Assembly (NCBI GenBank): GCA_003507445.1
Contig: DNVR01000019.1
Coordinates: 76,395 to 140,394, forward strand
Source of the DNA: Candidatus Moraniibacteriota bacterium
GTDB taxonomy: Bacteria; Patescibacteriota; Minisyncoccia; Moranbacterales; GWC2-37-73
Length of the DNA: 64,000 nt
Direction of reading: 5' to 3'
A program made the position numbers and the translations under genes. The notes under the pieces are model-generated. The model made no database searches and was not told the DNA's origin. It saw only the letters and a list, made by a program, of their open reading frames with translations. Positions 17,747 through 28,429 of this stretch are shown in pieces. Within the stretch, counting starts at the first letter, position 1. Every line of letters begins with the position of its first letter.

Positions 17747-17880
17747 TTAGGACTTACGCATTTTCTCAACTATTTCTTATTTGGCACGCTTTTGGATGAA
17801 TACTCAATATCCAAAAGCTCAAAGAGTTGCTGTCGCCAACTATTGGCCAAAAAAGAAATGTTTCGAAATGTGTAACTTCT
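17747..17880 (+). promoter_or_regulatory. ~135-bp leader/operator region, copy 1 (upstream of the HMA-domain permease), containing an 11-bp perfect inverted repeat GCTTTTGGATA/TATCCAAAAGC
   Basis: About 93% identical by eye to 19428-19555. Also contains the GTTTCGAAAC and TTGGCCAA palindromes. Confidence 0.55.
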
Positions 17881-17892
17881 TACTTATATAAT

Positions 17893-19413
17893 ATGCAAAA
17901 AATAACAGTTCCAATCATTGGAATGCATTGCAAATCTTGTGAAATTCTTGTTGAAAATAAGCTTTCTGAAATCAGCAAGATCAAAAAAATAGACGTCAAT
18001 TGTAAGAAAGGAACAGCTGATATTTATTACGAATCTCAAAAACCCAATATGGTGGAAATAGAAAAAGCCATCAGGGAAGCGGGTTATGCGGTTGGAGTGG
18101 CAGAAAAAAAACCGTTGTTCAGTCGGAATATAAATGAATATAAAGATTTGGGGATCGCCTTTTTGTTTCTGTTTGGTATTTATTTGATTGCAAAAAATTT
18201 AGGGCTAGCTGACATTGGAGTAAGTTCCGCATCAAATCCATCGAGCTTGGGCGTGGTTTTCTTGGTGGGGATTACGGCTGGGATTTCAACTTGTATGGCG
18301 TTGGTGGGAGGTTTAATTTTGGGAATTTCTGCTCGTCATTCTGAGAAACATCCTGAGGCTACTGCCGCGCAAAAGTTTCGTCCGCATTTATTTTTCAATG
18401 CCGGCAGGATTGTGATTTACGCCTTGTTGGGTGGACTGCTTGGTTTGATCGGTTCTTCATTTCAATTGTCGGGAGTGACTTTGGGAATTCTGACAATTGC
18501 AGTAGGAGTTGTGATGTTGTCACTTGGACTAAAATTGATTGGAATTTTTCCTCGTTTGGAAAATGGTGGAATAGCTTTGCCGAAAAGCATCAGCAGTGCG
18601 TTGGGCATTCACCCTGTTAAATCCTGCGAAGCAGGTGCTCGCAGTAGCGAGCAATTTAACAGGGTAAAAAATAATACCAAAGAATATAGTCATAAAAATT
18701 CATTCGTTATGGGTGGACTGACATTTTTCTTGCCCTGTGGCTTCACGCAAGCGATGCAACTTTATGCTGTGAGCAGTGGAAGTTTCACTCAGGGTGCAAT
18801 GATTATGGGTATTTTTGCACTTGGAACAGCTCCTGGACTCTTGGGTATTGGCGGTCTGGCTAGTGTGGTGCGCGGAATTTTTGCTCAAAGATTTTTTAAG
18901 TTCGCTGGAATCCTCGTGATATTTTTGGCGATGTTTAATATTGCCAATGGATATAATCTGACTGGCTGGCAAGTGTCGAAAGTTGAAAGTCGAAAGTTGA
19001 AAGTTGAAAGTGTGATTGATCCTAATGTGACAATGGAAAACGGCGTGCAGGTTGTTAGAATGAAGGAAATTGCCAGTGGATATTCTCCGAACAAATTCAC
19101 AATCAAAAAAGACGTGCCAGTGAAATGGATTATTGATGCTCAGGCTCCGTATTCTTGTGCCAGCAGTCTTGTGGTTTCAAGTTTGAAAATTCAAAAAACT
19201 TTAAAGGCAGGCGAAAACATTATTGAATTTACACCAACAAAAACAGGTAAAATCCCATTTTCTTGTTCTATGGGTATGTATACTGGCGCATTCACAGTTA
19301 TTGATGAAAATAGTGATGAGGTGGTGGTTGAAGACGACCTGGTTGAAAAGCAGGCTTCTGGTGGAATATGCAATAAGCAAGGATGTAATATAAATAAAGA
19401 TCGAATTAAATAA
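17893..19413 (+). CDS. HMA-domain membrane protein (N-terminal MxCxxC metal-binding domain, multi-TM permease-like domain with conserved Cys, C-terminal cupredoxin-like domain)
   Basis: GMHCKSCE heavy-metal-associated motif, several TM helices (FLVGITAGISTCMALVGG and FFLPCGFTQAM), and a C-terminal beta domain with conserved Cys. An in-frame (GAAAGTT)n repeat lies at 18975-19012. Confidence 0.6.
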   Translation: MQKITVPIIGMHCKSCEILVENKLSEISKIKKIDVNCKKGTADIYYESQKPNMVEIEKAIREAGYAVGVAEKKPLFSRNINEYKDLGIAFLFLFGIYLIAKNLGLADIGVSSASNPSSLGVVFLVGITAGISTCMALVGGLILGISARHSEKHPEATAAQKFRPHLFFNAGRIVIYALLGGLLGLIGSSFQLSGVTLGILTIAVGVVMLSLGLKLIGIFPRLENGGIALPKSISSALGIHPVKSCEAGARSSEQFNRVKNNTKEYSHKNSFVMGGLTFFLPCGFTQAMQLYAVSSGSFTQGAMIMGIFALGTAPGLLGIGGLASVVRGIFAQRFFKFAGILVIFLAMFNIANGYNLTGWQVSKVESRKLKVESVIDPNVTMENGVQVVRMKEIASGYSPNKFTIKKDVPVKWIIDAQAPYSCASSLVVSSLKIQKTLKAGENIIEFTPTKTGKIPFSCSMGMYTGAFTVIDENSDEVVVEDDLVEKQASGGICNKQGCNINKDRIK

Positions 19414-19427
19414 TTTATAGGACTTAC

Positions 19428-19555
19428 GCATTTTCTCAACAATTTCTTATTTGGCACGCTTTTGGATAAATATTCAATATCCAAAAGCTCAAAGAGTCGC
19501 TGTCGCCGACTATTGGCCAAAAAAGAAATGTTTCGAAACGCGTAATTTGTGAATT
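19428..19555 (+). promoter_or_regulatory. ~130-bp leader/operator region, copy 2 (upstream of copA)
   Basis: A direct repeat of 17747-17880 that includes the same GCTTTTGGATA-N9-TATCCAAAAGC palindrome. Confidence 0.55.
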
Positions 19556-19564
19556 AAAAAATAT

Positions 19565-22351
19565 ATGAAAAGAATAAACCTGTCTCTTTCTGGAATGCAC
19601 TGTGCTTCCTGTGCAATGTTGATTGAAAAAGTGCTTGCAAAAACTCCTGGTGTACAAAAAGCCAGTGTGAATTTTTCTGCAGAAAAAGTTTTGATTGATT
19701 TTGATGAAAATATAACCGATCCGCAAAAACTTATTGCTGCAATAGTTAAAGGTGGATATGGTGCTGAAGAAATTGATGCTAAAGATAGTGAATTTGAAAA
19801 GAAAAAAAGGGATCATGAGATCTCAGAATATTTTTCAAAATTTATGTTTAGCGCTTTGCTTAGTGTGCCGATGTTGTATTTTATGCTTTTGGATTTTTTT
19901 AAATGGCTTCCAGGGGAAAAAACTTTTGCGCCATACATTGGTGTGTTTTCATTGCTTTTGACAATTCCTGTGCAGTTTGTGATTGGTTCAGGCTTTTACA
20001 AGGGAATGTGGTCATCGCTAAGGATGAAGACGTTTAATATGGACAGCTTGATTGCAATTGGAACTTCGACTGCTTTTTTCTTCAGTTTGTATAACTATGT
20101 GACATATGTCATTGCTAATAATTCCTTGATCGGAGTTGGTGGTATGAAAATTCCTGATCTGTATTTTGAAACAGCAGCTTATTTGATCACATTTGTGATT
20201 CTTGGAAAATGGTTGGAAATTAGAACAAAGGGAAAGACATCTGATGCGATCAAAAAATTGATGGGGCTGCAAGCGAAAACAGCCCGCGTGATTCGTGGTG
20301 GCGAGACGCTTGATATTGCAATTGATGACGTGATTCATGGTGATATCATTATTGTTCGCCCTGGAGAAAAAGTTCCTGTTGATGGAAAAATTACCAAGGG
20401 AACATCTGCCGTGGATGAATCTATGATTACAGGAGAAAGCTTGCCAGTAGAAAAAAATATCGGAAGTATGGTTGTTGGTGGAACTATTAATAAGACAGGA
20501 AGCTTTGAGTTTGAAGCTACAAAAATTGGTTCAGAAACAACATTAGCTCAAATCATTCGCTTGATTGAAGAAGCGCAAGGATCAAAAGCACCGATTCAAA
20601 ATTTTGCCGACAGTATTTCTGCTTGGTTTGTTCCAGCTGTGATTGGAGTTGCAATTTTGACTTTCATTGTCTGGTATTTTTTCTTGGGAGCAACTTTAGC
20701 TTTTGCTTTGTTGGCATTTACTTCGGTAATTGTGATTGCATGCCCATGTGCACTTGGTTTGGCAACCCCGACATCATTAATGGTTGGAACAGGTAAGGGC
20801 GCTGAATATGGCGTGCTTGTAAAAGGTGGAGAAGCGCTTGAAGCTGCAAGCAATATTTCAGCTGTAGTCTTTGACAAGACTGGAACGCTTACCAAAGGAA
20901 AGCCTGAGGTGGTAAAAATAATTTCAAATCCTGCTTTTGATTTTGATGAGGATAAGATTTTAAAAATATCATCAAGCATTGCAAAACATTCCAATCATCC
21001 CTTGTCTCAAGCTGTTGTAAGATATGGCGAAAAACAAAATATTCAACTAGCTGATTTTGGAGATTTTCAAGAAGTCCCTGGAAAAGGAATAATTGCAAAA
21101 TGCTTAACACATAATAAGGAAATAGTTTTGGGTAATATTAGAATTCTAGAGCAAGTAGGAGTCCAAACTTCTTGGGCAAAAAATCTTCTGGAAAATGAAT
21201 CTGTAAGCGCTGGGACATTACTTTTTGTGGTGCATAATGGCGATGTTGTGGGGGCAATTTCAATTGCTGATGAAGTAAAAGAAGAATCAAAAAAAGTGGT
21301 GGCAAAACTTCAAAAAATGGGTATTGAGGTTTGGATGATTACTGGAGACAATGCGCGCACAGCAAAAGCTATTGGCTTGCAGGTTGGAATCACAAATATT
21401 TTGGCAGAAGTTTTACCAGAAGATAAAGCTAACGAAGTTAAGAAACTTCAAGCTCAAAAAATAAAAAAACATTTCCATTTGTTTGGAAATTGGAAATTAG
21501 AAATTGGAAATTCCACCCGCAGGGTGGCTATGGTTGGAGATGGAATTAATGACGCTCCTGCACTAGCTCAAGCTAATGTAGGAATCGCAATGGGATCAGG
21601 AACTGATGTGGCAATGGAGGCAGGCGACATTGTTATAATGAAAAGTGATCTGAATGATGTGGTAACTTCATTTGAACTTTCAAAAGAAACGATGGGTAAA
21701 ATAAGACAAAATATGTTTTTTGCTTTATTTTACAATGTGATTGGAATTCCAATTGCTGCTCGTGTTTTCTTTGGAATCGGCTTGGTGTTAAAACCAGAAC
21801 TAGCAGGACTTGCTATGGCGATGAGTTCTATTTCAGTAGTTGGAAATTCATTGCTTCTTAAATTATTCAAGCCTGGCAAGAGAAACTATATTTCTTTGGT
21901 TGCGCCAATTATTATGATGGTAGTTTTCACGTTCGGATTTTATGAATTTGCAAAATTCAGCAGTGGAATGGAGAATACAGTTATTAATGAGGAGCAAATA
22001 AGGGTTGAATTTAATAAATTGAATTTGAATGCCCAAATAGAAATCATAAGTGAAGAGGCTGGAGTAAAGGCATTTTATTTTACTGATGAAAATAATGTTC
22101 CAAAAGAATTGCGGGAAGAAATAAACAGCAAAAGTTTCACGCCTGAAATAATCAATGGAAAAAAATATCAGAAAGTTTATATTGGTTGGGTAGAGGCGCA
22201 GATGATGATTGAAAAAGAACTTATCCAAAAATCAGGGGACAGAGCGGATGATTTTTTTGGAAACAGTGTCATCATTGAAATCTTGCCCAAAACCAAAACC
22301 ATTCTCGACAATTTCCATTTTGTCGGAGCTGATTTTCAGATCAAGAAATAG
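19565..22351 (+). CDS. copA: Copper-translocating P-type ATPase (CopA-like) with an N-terminal HMA domain, a ~170-aa C-terminal extension, and an in-frame heptamer-repeat insertion
   Basis: [11 protein letters not shown] ([12 protein letters not shown]), DKTGTLT, and [17 protein letters not shown]. The insertion [18 protein letters not shown] (21470-21514) falls just before the GDGINDAP hinge. Confidence 0.88.
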   Translation: MKRINLSLSGMHCASCAMLIEKVLAKTPGVQKASVNFSAEKVLIDFDENITDPQKLIAAIVKGGYGAEEIDAKDSEFEKKKRDHEISEYFSKFMFSALLSVPMLYFMLLDFFKWLPGEKTFAPYIGVFSLLLTIPVQFVIGSGFYKGMWSSLRMKTFNMDSLIAIGTSTAFFFSLYNYVTYVIANNSLIGVGGMKIPDLYFETAAYLITFVILGKWLEIRTKGKTSDAIKKLMGLQAKTARVIRGGETLDIAIDDVIHGDIIIVRPGEKVPVDGKITKGTSAVDESMITGESLPVEKNIGSMVVGGTINKTGSFEFEATKIGSETTLAQIIRLIEEAQGSKAPIQNFADSISAWFVPAVIGVAILTFIVWYFFLGATLAFALLAFTSVIVIACPCALGLATPTSLMVGTGKGAEYGVLVKGGEALEAASNISAVVFDKTGTLTKGKPEVVKIISNPAFDFDEDKILKISSSIAKHSNHPLSQAVVRYGEKQNIQLADFGDFQEVPGKGIIAKCLTHNKEIVLGNIRILEQVGVQTSWAKNLLENESVSAGTLLFVVHNGDVVGAISIADEVKEESKKVVAKLQKMGIEVWMITGDNARTAKAIGLQVGITNILAEVLPEDKANEVKKLQAQKIKKHFHLFGNWKLEIGNSTRRVAMVGDGINDAPALAQANVGIAMGSGTDVAMEAGDIVIMKSDLNDVVTSFELSKETMGKIRQNMFFALFYNVIGIPIAARVFFGIGLVLKPELAGLAMAMSSISVVGNSLLLKLFKPGKRNYISLVAPIIMMVVFTFGFYEFAKFSSGMENTVINEEQIRVEFNKLNLNAQIEIISEEAGVKAFYFTDENNVPKELREEINSKSFTPEIINGKKYQKVYIGWVEAQMMIEKELIQKSGDRADDFFGNSVIIEILPKTKTILDNFHFVGADFQIKK

Positions 22352-22536
22352 TTTTAAAAAATACACTAAGGCGGGTTCATATTTGATGGGTCTGCTTTTT
22401 TGTATCTGTTAATATTGAGTGACGATCAGAAGGGTTTTGACAATTATCCTGTTTGTGATAATGTGTAATATCCAATAAATTATTTTTTTGGAGCAGTTAT
22501 TTGTCAATAAAATCAACGAACAAAAGGAGAGATACA

Positions 22537-23829
22537 ATGAAAAAGGCGAATGTGAAGTTAGATGCTATCGAAGGTCATATTGGTGATCAGCTTGAAATTG
22601 AAGAATTACTCAGTAAGGGTGGAACAATCTATGAACATATGCTGGAAGCTTTGCCTGATTGTCCGCAAAGAGTCCAATATGCCCGTCTTTCTTATGAGAA
22701 TGCTATGAAATCAGGCATGTATTTTACTGGTGTTTATACGGTAAAATTTTTGCCAGAGGATGAGATGATTGCATGTCTCGAGGAAGTTATCCAGAAAAGT
22801 ATAAAAGCTGGTCGTGAAAACTGGGCAGATAATGCTATTAAAGCTTTTCCTCGAACAGGAAAATGGAATAACAGAAGGATTGAGTTACTGGAAGCGGTTA
22901 TAAAAAGGCACCTTGATGAAGGAATTGCAAATTGGGCAAAAGATGCCGCAATGGAAATTCCGAGAGATCTTACTTCGGCCGAGTTGGAAAGAATAATTTC
23001 TCAGCAACTGGAAAATGATTTTCCTCGAGCAGAAACGGCGGCTGGTATTCTGCGTAGATCGTTTACACTTGATGAGCTTAGAATTGCCGCCAACGGTGCA
23101 AAGAAGAAACAGTGGTGGGAATTGCTCATCAAAATCGCGCAGATGTTTCCAAAAGAAAATCAGAAAGAATGCGAATTGCTCATCAGTGAGGCGCATAAGG
23201 CTGTTGTCAAAAAAGGTGATGCAAGCGGCATAGATAAAATTTGCAAAGCTCAAGGGAATCGGAAAAAAACAACTGATGAGCTGAAAATTGTTTTTGAAAA
23301 GGCGTGCAAAGATTCAGGCGTGTTTCATAATAATGTTTCGTATTATGCTGAGGAGCTTGCAAAAGATCCTGCAAACATCGCTTATCTTGAAGATAAAGCA
23401 AAAATGCTTGTGGATGAATTTGCAGAAAATGCGCTTGATATTGCTCTGAAATTGCCAGGTACAAGTGTTGAAAGATGCAACATTATCGAAGTCATTGCCC
23501 TTAAAGCTCTTAAGCAAAAGCGGCAGAATCTTATCAAAAAATGCGCGCCTGCTTTGCCTGAAGGAAATGAGGCGCGTACAAAGTTGGCACAATATCTCGT
23601 AACTGAAGTGCGAAAAAAAGTGGGAAAATTCGATTCCATTAAAAGAGGAGAGGATGTTGAATTTGCAGTTGAGGCGGTAAAGCTTCTTCCTAAAGTTGCC
23701 GAGAAAACAAATCACTTATTGGATCTTTACAAATCTGCAAAGAGGATAGAGGATAGTCTCGATCGTCGAGATGATCGGAGCCCATCAGGATTTTACGAGG
23801 TCAAGATGGAGCTTAATCGCTGCGGGTAA
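22537..23829 (+). CDS. Hypothetical alpha-helical protein with internal ~30-aa repeats (orphan, GC-richer)
   Basis: Strong SD (aaaaggagag). Repeated motifs: NWADNAIKAFPRTGKW, ANWAKDAAMEIPRDL and DFPRAETAAGILRRS. Has its own terminator. Confidence 0.45.
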   Translation: MKKANVKLDAIEGHIGDQLEIEELLSKGGTIYEHMLEALPDCPQRVQYARLSYENAMKSGMYFTGVYTVKFLPEDEMIACLEEVIQKSIKAGRENWADNAIKAFPRTGKWNNRRIELLEAVIKRHLDEGIANWAKDAAMEIPRDLTSAELERIISQQLENDFPRAETAAGILRRSFTLDELRIAANGAKKKQWWELLIKIAQMFPKENQKECELLISEAHKAVVKKGDASGIDKICKAQGNRKKTTDELKIVFEKACKDSGVFHNNVSYYAEELAKDPANIAYLEDKAKMLVDEFAENALDIALKLPGTSVERCNIIEVIALKALKQKRQNLIKKCAPALPEGNEARTKLAQYLVTEVRKKVGKFDSIKRGEDVEFAVEAVKLLPKVAEKTNHLLDLYKSAKRIEDSLDRRDDRSPSGFYEVKMELNRCG

Positions 23830-23853
23830 ACTATGGAAAAATATTAAATAATA

Positions 23854-23884
23854 GGGCGACACTGAAACAGTGTCGCCCTTTTTT
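23854..23884 (+). terminator. Rho-independent terminator
   Basis: gggcgacactgaaacagtgtcgccc followed by tttttt. Confidence 0.7.
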
Positions 23885-23906
23885 GTTACGTAACAGGTTA
23901 CGTAAC
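23885..23906 (+). promoter_or_regulatory. Two tandem perfect 10-bp palindromes GTTACGTAAC (candidate operator upstream of uvrA2)
   Basis: gttacgtaac at 23885-23894 and again at 23897-23906. Confidence 0.35.
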
Positions 23907-24067
23907 ACTCAAATATTGATAGGCTTTACATTTCGGGTTTTTGCTGATACAATTATCTCCAGTATAAATTTGAAATCTGGACTTGAAACAAAGAAAAATA
24001 TGATTTAGAGAAAGACCTGTTTTAATGCCTAAAACCTAATACCTAATACCTAATATCTTCTTAAACT

Positions 24068-26860
24068 ATGGCTTCCAAAAAAGAAACTTCGAAACAAACA
24101 AATGAGATTGTAATCAAGGGTGCGCGAGTTAATAATCTCAAAAACATCGACGTTAACATCCCGAGGGATAAGTTCGTGGTGATTACGGGACTTTCTGGCT
24201 CGGGTAAATCATCGCTGGCTTTTGACACGATTTATGCCGAAGGTAATCGTCGATATATGGAAGGCCTTTCTTCGTATGCGCGAAATTTTTTGGATCCATC
24301 AGATAAGCCTGACGTGGATAAAATTGAAAATCTTTCCCCTCCAATTTCTATTGATCAAAAAAGCATTTCTCGTTCTCCGCGATCAACTGTTGGAACACTG
24401 ACTGAGGTTTATGATTATTTGCGTATTATGTATGCAAAAATCGGAGTGCTGCATTGCCCGGAGTGTGGGACATCAATGCAAAAAAGAAGCAATCAGGAAA
24501 TTTTGGATGAAATTTTAACATTTTCTCATCACACTCAGATTGCTATTTTGGCAAAGCCGAAGGATATTGCTGTTGGAAAAGAATTATTAAAACACATTGC
24601 GCAAATGGGCTATGCTCGTGTGCGTTTTAATGGAAAAATGTTTACGGTAGCGGAAGCTATGATGCTCAGCGAAAGTGAAATTGAAACTGATATTGAAATG
24701 GTTATTGATAGAATTGTGCTCGACAAGAAAAAACCTGATGTGGAAAGAATGTTAGACTCTATTGAAACAGCGATGAAAAACGGTGGCAATTCAATGAAGA
24801 TCTTGTTTGATAATGTTGAAGAACGTAATTATAACCAAGATTTCTTTTGCAGCGAATGCGGTGTGAAAATCAAAGAAGTGACGCCGCGTCATTTTTCTTT
24901 TAATAGTCCAGAGGGTGCTTGCGACCTGTGCTCCGGTTTAGGTTACACCTTAAAAGTAAATGAAGAACTTATTATTCCCAATAAAAATCTTTCTTTAATG
25001 GAAGGTGCAATTCAGCCCTGGAGCAAATCTGGTGGAAAAATAAGTGGACAGAGTGTGCAACTTTTGACGCTTAAAGATGTTGCAAAAAAATATAAGTTTT
25101 CAATGAACGTTCCGGTTAAAAAATTAACAGCTGATCAACTCAAAATTGTTTTACATGGTAATGATGGATTTGAAGGTGTAATTCCGGCATTAGAAAAAAA
25201 ATATCAAGAAACAAAATCTGATTATGTGCGCAGTGAAATTGAAAAATATATGACCGCACACACTTGTCCATCTTGCGATGGCAAGCGTCTTAAAAAAGAA
25301 TTTTTGGCGGTGGAAGTTCAAGGAAAAACAATAGATGTGATGGTCTCAATGAGTATAACTCATCTGAGAGAATTTTTTGAGAATGTTGAAAATTGGACAC
25401 AAACAACACAAGAGAAAAGCATAGGCAAACCTATTGTGCGAGAAATTTTGCAGCGTCTTAGTGCACTTGAAAACGTGGGATTGGAATATTTAAATTTGGG
25501 ACGATCAGCTCAAACAATTTCTGGTGGGGAAGCTCAACGTATCAGACTGGCTGCGCAACTCAATTCTCAATTGATGGGAATTGTATATGTTTTGGATGAA
25601 CCTTCCATCGGACTTCATTCTCGCGACACAGAAAAACTTATTAATACTATTAAAGCCTTGCAAAACGTTGGAAATTCATTGATTGTGGTTGAACACGATG
25701 AAAGCATCATTAAAGCTGCTGACTGGATTGTTGATATGGGTCCAGGGGCAGGAGAAGAAGGCGGAATCGTCGTTTTTGAAGGTGATTATAATCAACTTAT
25801 TAAATCTAAAAATCTTACTGCACAATATATATCTAAAAAGAAAAAGGTTTCAGAAAAGAAAAAAAATAGAGCTGGAAACGGTAAATTTATTGAAATTATC
25901 GGAGCTGAAGAAAATAATTTAAAAAATGTTGATATAAAAATACCATTGGAAAAATTTGTGGTTATTTGTGGAGTTTCAGGCAGTGGAAAATCAACTTTGG
26001 TAAAAAATATTTTAGCCAAAGCATTGTCGCGACATTTTTATAACACACGAGATCTTCCTGGTAAACACAAAAAAATCAAAGGATTTGAGCATATTAAAAA
26101 GGTTATTAGTATAAATCAAAATCCAATCGGACGCACTCCACGCTCAAATGCAGCAACGTATACTGGAGTGTTCTCACACATTCGCGACCTGTTTGCTGGA
26201 GTGGAGGAAGCAAAGAACAGAAATTATACTGCTAGTCGCTTTAGTTTTAATATGAAAGGTGGGCGCTGTGAAGTGTGCCAAGGGGAAGGCTCAAAGAAAA
26301 TAGAAATGCATCTGCTTCCTGATATGTATGTGAAATGCGAAGCTTGCGGAGGAACGAGGTTTAGCAAAAAAACCTTAGAGATTGAATATAAAGGCTTTAA
26401 TGTTGCACAGATTTTGGATATGGATGTGCGCTTGGCTCTGCGTTTTTTTGCAAGGCATCCGCTTATTGCTGAAAAACTTAAAACCATGGAAGATGTTGGT
26501 CTTGGATATTTGAAGCTCGGACAAAGTGCAACAAATCTTTCTGGTGGAGAAGCTCAGCGTATTAAACTTGCCACGGAGCTTGCACGAAAATCAACAGGCA
26601 GCACTTTGTATATTTTGGATGAGCCAACTGCAGGACTTCATTTTGATGATATCAGAAAATTGTTAAGCGTTCTTAATGCCTTGGTTGATAAAGGTAATAC
26701 AGTGATTGTGGTTGAACATAATCTTGATGTTGTTCGTGATGCTGATTGGGTGATTGAACTTGGACCGGATGGTGGCGACCTTGGTGGTTATCTCACTTTT
26801 GCTGGCACACCAGATCAACTTAAAAAAGACAAGAAAAGTTGGACCGCGAAATATTTGTAG
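24068..26860 (+). CDS. uvrA: Excinuclease ABC subunit A paralog (copy 2, full length)
   Basis: [34 protein letters not shown]... Has two ABC modules and Zn-finger Cys pairs. 930 aa; the domain order matches copy 1. Confidence 0.9.
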   Translation: MASKKETSKQTNEIVIKGARVNNLKNIDVNIPRDKFVVITGLSGSGKSSLAFDTIYAEGNRRYMEGLSSYARNFLDPSDKPDVDKIENLSPPISIDQKSISRSPRSTVGTLTEVYDYLRIMYAKIGVLHCPECGTSMQKRSNQEILDEILTFSHHTQIAILAKPKDIAVGKELLKHIAQMGYARVRFNGKMFTVAEAMMLSESEIETDIEMVIDRIVLDKKKPDVERMLDSIETAMKNGGNSMKILFDNVEERNYNQDFFCSECGVKIKEVTPRHFSFNSPEGACDLCSGLGYTLKVNEELIIPNKNLSLMEGAIQPWSKSGGKISGQSVQLLTLKDVAKKYKFSMNVPVKKLTADQLKIVLHGNDGFEGVIPALEKKYQETKSDYVRSEIEKYMTAHTCPSCDGKRLKKEFLAVEVQGKTIDVMVSMSITHLREFFENVENWTQTTQEKSIGKPIVREILQRLSALENVGLEYLNLGRSAQTISGGEAQRIRLAAQLNSQLMGIVYVLDEPSIGLHSRDTEKLINTIKALQNVGNSLIVVEHDESIIKAADWIVDMGPGAGEEGGIVVFEGDYNQLIKSKNLTAQYISKKKKVSEKKKNRAGNGKFIEIIGAEENNLKNVDIKIPLEKFVVICGVSGSGKSTLVKNILAKALSRHFYNTRDLPGKHKKIKGFEHIKKVISINQNPIGRTPRSNAATYTGVFSHIRDLFAGVEEAKNRNYTASRFSFNMKGGRCEVCQGEGSKKIEMHLLPDMYVKCEACGGTRFSKKTLEIEYKGFNVAQILDMDVRLALRFFARHPLIAEKLKTMEDVGLGYLKLGQSATNLSGGEAQRIKLATELARKSTGSTLYILDEPTAGLHFDDIRKLLSVLNALVDKGNTVIVVEHNLDVVRDADWVIELGPDGGDLGGYLTFAGTPDQLKKDKKSWTAKYL

Positions 26861-26870
26861 AGATGTCTGT

Positions 26871-26985
26871 GTCATTCCGGACTTGATCCGGAATCCAGGA
26901 TTTAACGCACTATTTTTTCTATTATAATATTCGTAATTTAATACTTGAGATATTAATCCTGGATTCCTGCCTACGCAGGAATGAC
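26871..26985. mobile_element. GTCAT...ATGAC palindromic MITE-like element (P1 family), intergenic copy 3
   Basis: gtcattccggacttgatccggaatccaggatttaacgcac ... atcctggattcctgcctacgcaggaatgac. Confidence 0.6.
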
Positions 26986-27001
26986 AAAGAAAAAAGTAAA
27001 G

Positions 27002-27460
27002 TTATAATGATAGCAAAATAATTGCTATCACTGAAAAAATAATATCGTTCGCTGCATTTCGGAGTGTCCAGAGTCTTTCTTTTGAGTCATCTGGAAATTT
27101 GTGAACTCGTTGGTGGAATTTATATATTTTTTCTAAAAATTTGAAATTAAGTTTCCAATAGAGTACTGTTAACAAATCAGGAAACATTGAGATGAGCGCA
27201 CCTGTTATTATTGAGATGGAAATTACTGACGGTATGTTTTTGGCATAAATTGCAAAAAGAATAATCACACCGCCGACAAGAAGATCAAGAATCACTTTCC
27301 AAGTTGTATTTTTGAAAGTTGATTTTTTTCCTAAATATTCTCCGTGGCGAAAAGTATCTAAAATGTAATGAAGGGGGATCAGGACTGCTGTTAATGCTAT
27401 TGGATTGTGAATGTACTTTCCAATGGCAGCGCCGACAAGGGCGTGAGTGGTAAGGATCAT
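27002..27460 (-). CDS. Small polytopic membrane protein, possibly of the DUF457 (YdjM-like membrane-bound metal-dependent hydrolase) family
   Basis: MILTTHALVGAAIGKYIH start, three to four TM helices. Weak family assignment. Confidence 0.35.
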   Translation of the reverse strand: MILTTHALVGAAIGKYIHNPIALTAVLIPLHYILDTFRHGEYLGKKSTFKNTTWKVILDLLVGGVIILFAIYAKNIPSVISISIITGALISMFPDLLTVLYWKLNFKFLEKIYKFHQRVHKFPDDSKERLWTLRNAANDIIFSVIAIILLSL

Positions 27461-27464
27461 AGGG

Positions 27465-27600
27465 GTAAGAATTTCTAATGTCTAATTTCTAATATCTAAT
27501 AAAAAATTTAATGACAAAATGTCCAAAAGTTTCGTGCATTAGGAATTGGAAATTGATTAGAAATTGGTAATTAGGAATTAGAAATTAAAGATAAATTTAG
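27465..27600. repeat. Hairpin-forming (TTAGAAAT / AATTTCC)n repeat module in the divergent promoter region
   Basis: aatttctaatgtctaatttctaatatctaat ... attaggaattggaaattgattagaaattggtaattaggaattagaaatt (inverted halves). Confidence 0.55.
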
Positions 27601-27637
27601 ATTCAAAAATTTTTATATTAAAAACAGGTTTAACTTT

Positions 27638-28342
27638 ATGGAGAAAATCGGAAAATTATATATCGTTGCTACCCCAATTGGTAATCTCGAGGACATTACT
27701 CTTCGCGCACTGCGTGTTTTGAAAGAGGTTGATATGGTGGCGTGCGAAGACACTAGGGTTACTCGAAAACTTCTAAATCATTATAACATAGAGACACAAG
27801 CAATTGTGTATCATCAACATACAAAAGACGATAAAATTAAGAAAATTATTGATGAAATTTTGGTTGGCAAAAATGTCGCTGTGGTAACTGATGCTGGCAC
27901 CCCAGGAGTTTCTGATCCTGGAAATATCTTGGTAGCTGAAGCTATTGCTAACAATATTGTTGTCTTGCCAATTCCAGGGGCTTCAGCTTTGGCTTCAATT
28001 ATCAGTGTGGCTGGGATTGATATGCAGCAATTTACATTTTTGGGTTTTCCTCCGCACAAGAAAGGACGGGAGACATATTTTAAAAAAGTATCAGTTAGTG
28101 AGATTCCTTTTATTTACTATGAATCACCACATCGCGTGATCAAAAATCTGGAATTATTGAAAACAATCGTAGAGACGCAAAATTTTGCGTCTCTACCGCA
28201 AGGGGAGAAAAAAATCATTCTCGGTCGCGAACTGACCAAAATGTTTGAAGAAGTGGTGCGCGGCAATATTAATGAGGTCTTGGAATATTTTGCAGAAAAT
28301 CCTTCAAAAATAAAAGGAGAATTTGTGATTGTTGTGTATTGA
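27638..28342 (+). CDS. rsmI: 16S rRNA 2'-O-methyltransferase RsmI
   Basis: LYIVATPIGNLEDITLRALRVLKEVDMVACEDTRVTRKLL is the tetrapyrrole-methylase-like RsmI signature. Confidence 0.85.
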   Translation: MEKIGKLYIVATPIGNLEDITLRALRVLKEVDMVACEDTRVTRKLLNHYNIETQAIVYHQHTKDDKIKKIIDEILVGKNVAVVTDAGTPGVSDPGNILVAEAIANNIVVLPIPGASALASIISVAGIDMQQFTFLGFPPHKKGRETYFKKVSVSEIPFIYYESPHRVIKNLELLKTIVETQNFASLPQGEKKIILGRELTKMFEEVVRGNINEVLEYFAENPSKIKGEFVIVVY

Positions 28343-28429
28343 TAAATAGATTGTCATAATATTTGAAAAATCCCGCAAAAGCGGGTTTTTCTATTGCTCA
28401 AATCTATTTTATGGGGGTATAATAAAGGT

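Noticed and set aside
22352-22420. Possible terminator after copA (aggcgggttcatatttgatgggtctgctttttt)
   Set aside because: The stem is poor on inspection. Not called.
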